In this document: positions 56,919 through 64,000 of the stretch, piece by piece
How the letters are laid out: each line of letters starts with the position of its first letter
Position numbering within the stretch: position 1 is the stretch's first letter
From: Candidatus Poribacteria bacterium
Lineage (GTDB): Bacteria > Poribacteria > WGA-4E > WGA-3G
Length of the DNA stretch: 64,000 bases
Direction: 5' to 3'
Assembly (NCBI GenBank): GCA_964291315.2
Contig: OZ219753.1
Span: 1,120,001-1,184,000 of the forward strand
The notes under the pieces: generated by a model
What the model saw: only the letters and a program-made list of their open reading frames with translations
The model's database searches: none
What the model was told of the DNA's origin: nothing
Position numbers and translations under genes: made by a program

Positions 56919-57746
56919 CTAGCGTTCTGGAAGGTTATCCTCGGTTGGGCGTGGGTTATGCACCCAATGCCCACTTGGATCGCTGCCTCTGGCAACGATT
57001 GCGCGCTGGTTCCAATTGTTTGCGGCGCGCACATCGGGCGGCACAAAGCGCATGGTTAGTCCACAACGTCGGCGGTCGGACGTGTTTGGTTCAGAACCGT
57101 GCAATAGCAGGTCCGAATGCAGCGACATCTGACCGGCTTTCATCTCGAACGGCACAGGAGCCTCCCCGTATTGCAAGGGGTCATGTACGGTCTGACCGAG
57201 AACATTCTTTTCCGCAGCGGTGCTGCGTTCAAACGAGATTTGCCCGTGCAAATGCGATTTGGGAATAACGGTCATTGCGCCATTCTCAACTGCAGCATCG
57301 TCAATAGCAAGCCACACGGTCACAGTCTTGCTGGGTGATAGGGGCCAATACGAAGCGTCTTGATGCCAACTGACCTGCTTAACATCGCCTGGCATTTTGC
57401 AGAAGTAGTGTGTTCCCCAACAAATCAGTGTTTCACCGATCAGGTCTTGCACATAGTCCAGAATCCTGCTGTCTGTAACTAGATCGTGGAGCCCTGGGCA
57501 ACGGGTGTGCCACCCGTTAATGGCGTAGCTATTCATTCCCGCTGCCAACGCTTTTTCCATGAGTTGATCGAAGTAGGCTCGGTGTTTTGACATCTCGGCT
57601 TCAGAAAAGACATCTAACGGTGAAATAAATCCTCTTTCATTGAAGTGGTTGATGTGAGCAGGTGTTAAAGTCAACGGATTTTTGTTTTTAACCGGAAAGA
57701 ACTGTAGGGTTCTATGAAGTTCCGGCATCGCGTCGGTAATTGGCAT
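56919..57746 (-). CDS. Phytanoyl-CoA dioxygenase (PhyH) family protein
   Basis: WHQD..YW, VTVWLAIDD, ENGAM.VIPKSH, HGSEPN.S..RR. Confidence 0.93.
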   Translation of the reverse strand: MPITDAMPELHRTLQFFPVKNKNPLTLTPAHINHFNERGFISPLDVFSEAEMSKHRAYFDQLMEKALAAGMNSYAINGWHTRCPGLHDLVTDSRILDYVQDLIGETLICWGTHYFCKMPGDVKQVSWHQDASYWPLSPSKTVTVWLAIDDAAVENGAMTVIPKSHLHGQISFERSTAAEKNVLGQTVHDPLQYGEAPVPFEMKAGQMSLHSDLLLHGSEPNTSDRRRCGLTMRFVPPDVRAANNWNQRAIVARGSDPSGHWVHNPRPTEDNLPER

Positions 57747-57839
57747 CGGCGTATCCTTGTTTTTTTTGCATAGATCAGAAATTTGTAGTATAGAGATAAT
57801 CCCAAATGTTCAGTGTTGAATATGTTCTTGTCCCCAAAA

Positions 57840-58217
57840 TTAGTCAAGTAATAAAACTCCAGATGCTAATAGGGAGCTAAATGCCAGGAACAGGTACGCT
57901 ATATTTGAATTCGAATGTTTTCCCGCAGTCGGGGCTTCCGATGCAGAATGACTCTGCTGAGCCTCTTCTTTAAAGATTGAGTATGTGGTAGTCGTAGATT
58001 CACTAAGTTTTACCCAAACTTTCTCTGTTTTTCCCGTTTCGGGGTTTTTTTGCGAATCCCATCCGCAACTTATCGACGTTGTTTCCGTTGCAGTCGGGAC
58101 ACCGGAAATAACATTTTCTGTTGCTTTTATTTTTGGGGGACCGGAACAACCCTGAAGCATGATGAACGATACAACGAAAATGGTGTAGTAGCAAACGATG
58201 AAAATCCCCTTTTTCAT
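57840..58217 (-). CDS. Hypothetical lipoprotein with C-terminal hydrophobic segment
   Basis: AAGGAG SD; LQGC lipobox. Confidence 0.6.
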   Translation of the reverse strand: MKKGIFIVCYYTIFVVSFIMLQGCSGPPKIKATENVISGVPTATETTSISCGWDSQKNPETGKTEKVWVKLSESTTTTYSIFKEEAQQSHSASEAPTAGKHSNSNIAYLFLAFSSLLASGVLLLD

Positions 58218-58411
58218 CTTCAACTCCTTTTTCATAGTGTGCTCTTGTTGAGAGTTTGGCCTGCGGCAACCCTCTCAGCAAGGACGTTGATGTGCTATGA
58301 TTGGTAAGCGACTAATGATACCTTCGGTATTGTAACAAAATTTAACTAGGAGGTCAAGTTGAATTTGTGGGGTTGGTAGAACATCTATCCCAGTCAGACG
58401 AAAAATTCGAC

Positions 58412-58441
58412 TTGACATTTTAGGGCAAATAAGTTTATATT
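58412..58441 (+). promoter_or_regulatory. Sigma70-type promoter of the DNA methyltransferase gene
   Basis: TTGACA-N18-TATATT. Confidence 0.55.
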
Positions 58442-58549
58442 AATCAGATAGTGCATGAATGAACAAATTTCCACTCTTTCTGGCGTAAGGCGTACACGTG
58501 TACCTATGGCGACTTGTCTATTAGAAAAGGCGGAGAAAACAGGGAGAAC

Positions 58550-59533
58550 ATGGACGAAAAGCGAGCGAGTGGTCGTTACTACACGCGCGGGAACCCGTTT
58601 CGGCTAAACCCTTTCCGGGCGTGGGCAAAAGAGCTTGACTTAGAACGACAGATAATTTTAGAACCGTTCGCGGGTGCTGGGGACATTCCACGGCTGATTG
58701 AGGCATCACACTTGTGGTGTCGAGATTGGGCATTTTTTGATATTGAGCCCGGGGCAAAAGAGGTTGTGCGCCGCGACACACTTGCAGCCTTTCCTAAGGG
58801 GTTCGATGTGTGTATTACCAACCCGCCCTGGTTGGCACGTAATTCTGCAACTCGCCGCGGGTTGCCCTTTCCAGCGTCAACCGTTTATGACGATCTCTAC
58901 AAATATGCGCTTGAGCAGTGTTTGACACATTGTGGATGGGTGGCAGCGATTATTCCGGAGGCGTTCATCCGGAGCGGTCTGTTTCTGAAACGACTCCGCG
59001 ATTTTATCTCCTTAGTCCCGAAAATGCAACGGTCAGAAAGAGGAGAAATAAACAAAAGAGAGCTCTTGCCTATGTTTGAAGACACGGAGCATCCGGTTGG
59101 TCTTGCCCTCTTTACCCCGGACGCGATGCCGGATGTTAGGATATGGCGTAATAATCGGTTTCTTGGTGAGCTTAACGATTTGCGCAGACATCTTCCAACC
59201 CCATCTTCCAACCGCAGTATTGTATTCAATGAACGCAACGGAAACCTCGGTCTCATTGCAATAGATAATACTGTTTCTGCCTCTATCCGTTTTTGTCTGC
59301 CAGCAGAGTTGGGAAACTATCCTATCCGGTACCAGGGTCGCTTGATTACAAAAATTGGCGTGCCCTGGGGCGTGGATATAGATATACTCAATATGCGTTT
59401 AACAACAATTCGTGAAAAAACCCACGATGTTTTCCTGACAGCATTCATGGGGTTACGCCGTGATGGAAACTATCGACGGCGCTTAGATTGGGCGCTAGCG
59501 CGCTCAATTATCGCTAAGAGAGCTTCATTATAG
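58550..59533 (+). CDS. Orphan amino-DNA methyltransferase-like protein (gamma-type motif order)
   Basis: GRYYT, ILEPFAGAG (motif I), FDI, ITNPPW (motif IV), DDLYK. Confidence 0.8.
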   Translation: MDEKRASGRYYTRGNPFRLNPFRAWAKELDLERQIILEPFAGAGDIPRLIEASHLWCRDWAFFDIEPGAKEVVRRDTLAAFPKGFDVCITNPPWLARNSATRRGLPFPASTVYDDLYKYALEQCLTHCGWVAAIIPEAFIRSGLFLKRLRDFISLVPKMQRSERGEINKRELLPMFEDTEHPVGLALFTPDAMPDVRIWRNNRFLGELNDLRRHLPTPSSNRSIVFNERNGNLGLIAIDNTVSASIRFCLPAELGNYPIRYQGRLITKIGVPWGVDIDILNMRLTTIREKTHDVFLTAFMGLRRDGNYRRRLDWALARSIIAKRASL

Positions 59534-59613
59534 CTTTGCTTGTCCTATTGATGACGTTCCGAAAAATGTTGAGAGGGTTCTAAAGATTTGAGGATGCAAG
59601 GCCTAAGATTTTA

Positions 59614-59973
59614 ATGATTAGACAGATGGTGATATCATCAATAGAGAGAAAGCAGGTGGGCAAAAGACTGGTTTGCCTGCTGCTCCTGCTGGCGCTCATC
59701 AGTGCCACAGGGTGCATACCCGGCGATGGAAAGCACACGCTTGAGAAACCTGCGGGGTTTTTCTGGGGCATTTGGCATGGATGGATTGCCCCCGTAGCAT
59801 TAATATGGGGGTTGCTGTTTAATCCAGATATCCGCCTCTACGAGCCCAACAACAGTGGTTGGGCTTACGACTTCGGGTTTTATATCGCTATCATCAGCGG
59901 TTTTGGTGGGATATCCTTCACACGCAACAAACGAAAACAGGCGAGTGTGAAAGCGAGCAGTGATTCTGAGTAG
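59614..59973 (+). CDS. Hypothetical membrane lipoprotein
   Basis: ATGC lipobox; PAGFFWGIWHGWIAP...YE.NN.GW.YDFGF. Confidence 0.75.
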   Translation: MIRQMVISSIERKQVGKRLVCLLLLLALISATGCIPGDGKHTLEKPAGFFWGIWHGWIAPVALIWGLLFNPDIRLYEPNNSGWAYDFGFYIAIISGFGGISFTRNKRKQASVKASSDSE

Positions 59974-60200
59974 CAATTATTAGAAAACACTTGAAGCATT
60001 TTCCTACAACAGGCAGGTATTGTCTTGAGAAAAGAAGAAAATTTTTGAGCTGTGAGGTATTTGGGAGAGTGCTTGTTCTTAAATACGGACACGCTATACA
60101 GCGGTGTATTGTCCTTATACGAAACTCAGGCTAATATAATATAGGAAAGCTTGAAGACACCTAAATTCACATAATAGGGCAAACGAAGGAGAAAATTGGT

Positions 60201-61619
60201 ATGTCGAAAATAACACGAGATGATCTTCAAAGCGTCAGCGATGTCAATACGTTGATGCGCTTTTTGGACGAAAAACTGAATTTGCCAATTCCGGAAAAGG
60301 CGGTGCTTGAGGAGGTAGCTCTTCCTTTGCCGCTTCCTTATCTTGGGCTTGAAAAAAGTATTGCTGAACAAATTATAGATTGTCATGACTTTTGCGGGCT
60401 CCCGCAGAGCATCTTAGATAAGCAGAGGCCTTTTCTCATCAGGTTTAAGTCCGGGTCGCGGTATCCAGAGATTCTTCGTCAGATCGCGGACAGTTTATCA
60501 CAGAAAAACATCAGGCCCACTGAGGTTTTCTTTATCTGTACAGCTGAAAACTTCCAACCTTTCGCTTTTGCTCGCTTCAGCGATTCAGGGGCGAGCGCCT
60601 GGAACAGTGAAGAGTTGGACATCTGGACCTGGGTACAAGACAACACACGTATTAACGCAGGCTTTGGACATGAACGTTCTATTTTCTTTTCGTCTCAGGT
60701 TAAGTCTGATCAGGCTAAACCTGTACAAGAGTCTGCCGTTTCCCGTGCAACTAAACCTGTGCGTACAGGTCGCAGAAGTGCTTCAACACGAGCTGAAGAC
60801 TTACTAATCAAGCTGCAAAACAGTGGAAAACCGCTGGGTAAGTATGCGGATATCCGTCTGGGTGTTTCCCCCGGTTATAACGATGCCTTCGTCATAGATG
60901 AAGACACCCGTGCACAATTGCTGGATGAAGACCCTGCGAGTATAGAGATTATAAAGCCTTTGCTTGTGGCGCAAAAATGGACAGGCGAGTTAAAATATAT
61001 AATTTGCCTCCGAAGCAGCTCAGATATGGAGTGGCCATGGTCCCGCATATCAGATACATCGGAGGCGAAGCAAATTTTTAAAGAGACCTATCCGGCAATT
61101 AGTGCTCACCTGGATCCGTATCGGGGTGCCTTACAGGCTCGGAGTTTTCATAAGAACGGTTCGGCGGTTTTCTATTGGGAATTACCGAATTATAGGTCTT
61201 ATGCTATGCTGGAGGCCTCTAAGATTTTCTATTCATACCGAACTATTTCTCTGAAGGCAGCCTACGATCCGTACCAGAGCATACTTTTGGGCAGTGTTGC
61301 GTTTTTCCCGACGAATGATATTTCTCTGCTCACAATTCTAAACAGCAAACTCTTCGGTTGGTATGCTTATAAAAAACATTGGGTCTCAGAGCTGAAATGT
61401 CTATTTCTTTTAAATCGAGATATGAGCAGGGTTCCAATAGCCGCGCGGTCGGAAGCCCACAAAGATCAGCTTTCAGAGCTAGTCCAGCTGATCCTCGATG
61501 CACCTGATAGTCCTAGCGTCCACGACCTAGAGCAGGAGATAGATGAGTTAGTGTATGAGCTGTACAATTTAACGGCCCCAGAAATCACTTTGATAGAGAG
61601 AGGATATAATCACTCATGA
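60201..61619 (+). CDS. Methylase-less paralogue of the type IIG R-M enzyme (N-terminal domain plus TaqI-like TRD)
   Basis: N-terminus aligns by eye with the 7225 ORF and C-terminus with the TRD of the 8132 ORF; no DPACG or NPPY. Confidence 0.8.
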   Translation: MSKITRDDLQSVSDVNTLMRFLDEKLNLPIPEKAVLEEVALPLPLPYLGLEKSIAEQIIDCHDFCGLPQSILDKQRPFLIRFKSGSRYPEILRQIADSLSQKNIRPTEVFFICTAENFQPFAFARFSDSGASAWNSEELDIWTWVQDNTRINAGFGHERSIFFSSQVKSDQAKPVQESAVSRATKPVRTGRRSASTRAEDLLIKLQNSGKPLGKYADIRLGVSPGYNDAFVIDEDTRAQLLDEDPASIEIIKPLLVAQKWTGELKYIICLRSSSDMEWPWSRISDTSEAKQIFKETYPAISAHLDPYRGALQARSFHKNGSAVFYWELPNYRSYAMLEASKIFYSYRTISLKAAYDPYQSILLGSVAFFPTNDISLLTILNSKLFGWYAYKKHWVSELKCLFLLNRDMSRVPIAARSEAHKDQLSELVQLILDAPDSPSVHDLEQEIDELVYELYNLTAPEITLIERGYNHS

Positions 61620-62608
61620 AGGTCTTAGTTATTGGTGGGACAGGCAACATCAGTCGCGGCATTGTTGCGGCGCTGCAAAGCCGAAACCATGAAGTTGCCT
61701 TGTTCAACCGCGGGCAACATGTAGATGCGCCGCTGCCCGATGTTCGTGTTATCCACGGTGATCGGAAGCATCGTGAAGATTTCGAGGCGAAAGTTAGTGC
61801 GGAAAACTGGGATGCTGTCATTGACATGATTAGTTTCGATGCAGATGATGCTGCTTCTGCGATCCGCGCGTGCCGGGGCCGCGTTGGACACTTTGTCCAC
61901 TGTTCAACTGTTATGACATATGGCCCGCCCTTCAGTGGGATTAATCTTCCAGAAACGGCATCTTTGCGAGGCACCTCCGGCTATGGGCTCGGGAAAATTG
62001 CAGCCGATGATCTCCTCTTGGGGGCGCACGCTCGTGAAGCTTTCCCTGTAACTATCTTCAAACCTTCTTACACACATGGTCCTGGTATAAACCTCCATCG
62101 ACAAGTAGGCGGGGACGGTGGTTGGATTGACCGATTACGTAAAGGGAAGCCTATTCTTTCTGCGGGTGACGGTCTCAACTATTTTCAGTTTCTGTCCTCT
62201 CGCGATGCAGGAGTTGCGTTTGCAGATATACTCGGAAGATCCGACTGTTTGGGTGAAATTTATAACATCGTTCACCCACGCGCGCGCACATGGGACGAAT
62301 GGCACCGGGCGGCAGCGGAGGCACTCGGTGTCGCTATAGAGCTTGTACATGTCTCCCAAGAGACGCTCATCGCAATGGCGCCTGAAAGGTTCGGCGGGTT
62401 GCGTGGGAACTTTGGGCACACCCAAATATTCAGTCACAAGAAGCTTGCCTCAGTATTGCCTGAATTTACGCCGCAGATTCCGGTTACAGAGAGTGTTGCG
62501 GAGAATATTGCCTGGATGGATAGACACAATCTGGTTCCCGATAGTGATGCCGACAATTTGGAGGATCGGGTTATTGAGGCGGTTCGCAATCTACCGCGTA
62601 TTCGGTAG
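61616..62608 (+). CDS. NAD-dependent epimerase/dehydratase family protein
   Basis: MKVLVIGGTGNIS, FNRG, CST, YGLGK. Confidence 0.92.
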   Translation: MKVLVIGGTGNISRGIVAALQSRNHEVALFNRGQHVDAPLPDVRVIHGDRKHREDFEAKVSAENWDAVIDMISFDADDAASAIRACRGRVGHFVHCSTVMTYGPPFSGINLPETASLRGTSGYGLGKIAADDLLLGAHAREAFPVTIFKPSYTHGPGINLHRQVGGDGGWIDRLRKGKPILSAGDGLNYFQFLSSRDAGVAFADILGRSDCLGEIYNIVHPRARTWDEWHRAAAEALGVAIELVHVSQETLIAMAPERFGGLRGNFGHTQIFSHKKLASVLPEFTPQIPVTESVAENIAWMDRHNLVPDSDADNLEDRVIEAVRNLPRIR

Positions 62609-62623
62609 TCTAGAGGTGCGGAT

Positions 62624-63436
62624 ATGTTAAAAATCAAATCGGCGTTAGATTCTGAAAGGCTCGATCGCGTTGAACACGATCTCCGTGAGGTTGGCTTTCA
62701 TATCATTGAAAACGTGATTCCTGTCGCGGAGGCAGATGAAGTCTGCAAAGTGGTCTGGAAATTGGTTGAAGAAGACCTTGCAAATGGGCATGACCATAGT
62801 TATGGAGATGGTAAAATCCGCCGTGTTTGGGCAATTGTCCGGAAAGCGCCCATCTTCCGCTCGCTTATCCAGCATCCGACTGTTGTAAGTGTGTGGAAAC
62901 GGCTGTTGGGTGAAGATGTGATTGCGTCCACGTTTACAGCGAACATTGTCGATCCCGGTGCCCCCTCAGGTGGCTGGCACATCGACTATCCGTATTGGGC
63001 GATGCAGCCGCCTTTTCCGTCGGGTGCGCTGACTGGACAAACCGTTTGGATGTTAGACGACTTCACTGTAGAGAATGGGGCAACGGCGTGTATACCGGGT
63101 TCACATAAAACGTTGCGCCGCCCGGAATTAGGAGAGGCGGATGGACTGGAAATGTGTATTGCTGCTGCGCCGAAAGGTTCTATCCTCTTCACAAATGGTG
63201 CGATCTGGCATCAATCTCGGCCAAACCTAACCGCTACGCCGCGCGTTGGACTCCTCGGTATGTATAATAGGGCGGTTGTTTATCCGCAAGAGGATATGCC
63301 TCGTCAGTTGACTGATGCTGAGTTGGCGGGTGAGAGCGCTCTTCTAAAACAGCTGTTGGGTAGGAATATACCGTTCCGCGATCCAGATCAGGCGCAGAAT
63401 TGGCACCGTACAGATACGGGTTTTCGCGAAGCATAA
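62624..63436 (+). CDS. Phytanoyl-CoA dioxygenase (PhyH) family protein
   Basis: WHIDYPY, WMLDDFT.ENGAT..IPGSH, WH...N....R. Confidence 0.92.
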   Translation: MLKIKSALDSERLDRVEHDLREVGFHIIENVIPVAEADEVCKVVWKLVEEDLANGHDHSYGDGKIRRVWAIVRKAPIFRSLIQHPTVVSVWKRLLGEDVIASTFTANIVDPGAPSGGWHIDYPYWAMQPPFPSGALTGQTVWMLDDFTVENGATACIPGSHKTLRRPELGEADGLEMCIAAAPKGSILFTNGAIWHQSRPNLTATPRVGLLGMYNRAVVYPQEDMPRQLTDAELAGESALLKQLLGRNIPFRDPDQAQNWHRTDTGFREA

Positions 63437-63552
63437 AGCATGAGACATGAAAAGCATCTATTCATCGGGTTAATGCGTTTTATGTTTTGTTGCAAATTCT
63501 GCGAAACGTCTGGATGCATTTCGTAAATCCTGAATTCAGATAGGGGGCATTT

Positions 63553-64000
63553 ATGCCAGTTGTATCTCACGATGTGTTAAGGGAATTTGTATATAATATT
63601 TATCGCGGTGCTGGTGGCACGGAGGAGGACGCTCGTATCGTCAGCGATCACGTTGTTGACTCTAATCTCGTTGGGCATGATTCACACGGTGTCATCAACG
63701 CCCCGAACTACATAGGCGGTATGGAGGGGGGGGCCGCCGCAGATAAGATGGAGGTTGTCAGGAATGGTGGTGCAGCAACCGTCATCAATGCCAATGGTGC
63801 GCTTGGGATGGTTGCTGCGCGTAAGGCGATGGAAATGGCTGTTGAAAGGGCGCGGTGTTGCACCATCGGCGCTGTCGGCTTACACCGGTGTGGGCATGCG
63901 GGGCGCATGGGCGAATACCCGCCCATTGCTGCGCGAGCGGGGATGATTGGTATTGTGTTACTCAACGGCGGTGGACGCTTTATGCACCCGCACGGTGGCA
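63553..64000 (+). CDS. Ldh_2 family (malate/L-lactate/ureidoglycolate-type) dehydrogenase, 5' part only
   Basis: Manual translation MPVVSHDVLREF...SNLVGHDSHGV...GHAGRMGEY; open to the window end. Confidence 0.9.
   Translation, partial: MPVVSHDVLREFVYNIYRGAGGTEEDARIVSDHVVDSNLVGHDSHGVINAPNYIGGMEGGAAADKMEVVRNGGAATVINANGALGMVAARKAMEMAVERARCCTIGAVGLHRCGHAGRMGEYPPIAARAGMIGIVLLNGGGRFMHPHGG

Noticed and set aside
58246-58282. Hairpin cttgttgagag...ctctcagcaag upstream of the 57840 gene
   Set aside because: Real pairing potential, but no riboswitch consensus or U-tract, so no function can be assigned.
63726-63733. Second G8 tract, in the Ldh_2 gene
   Set aside because: In frame (E-G-G-A) in an intact metabolic gene; no sign of switching.

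Overview
64 kb of bacterial chromosome with about 60 CDS and no rRNA, tRNA or CRISPR array that I can support. The protein families (LamG and lamin-tail-domain exoproteins ending in K-L-T-T-x-W-x-x-x-K, dockerin- and FlgD-tailed exoproteins, several PhyH dioxygenases, GTAG-type REPs) suggest a Candidatus Poribacteria-like organism; this is inference. A housekeeping block (tatAC, pgeF, yggS, proC, yggT, lspA, fmt, rpe, rsmE, argE, moaDE, folB, waaA, trxA) lies beside a Tat-exported three-subunit molybdoenzyme operon, clusters of paralogous secreted proteins and four restriction-modification-related genes. Main oddities: (1) an intact 922-aa IleRS-like protein at the usual ileS position before lspA whose synthetic and editing motifs are all degenerate while its CxxC pairs are kept; (2) a type IIG R-M gene broken at a G8 tract, where G7 restores a 1077-aa ORF; (3) a paralogue of that enzyme keeping only the N-terminal and target-recognition domains; (4) a shared C-terminal tail on unrelated secreted proteins, a candidate sorting signal; (5) rpe apparently starting at ATT, and a MoaD that extends past its Gly-Gly. 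All assignments are by eye from motifs; no database search was run.
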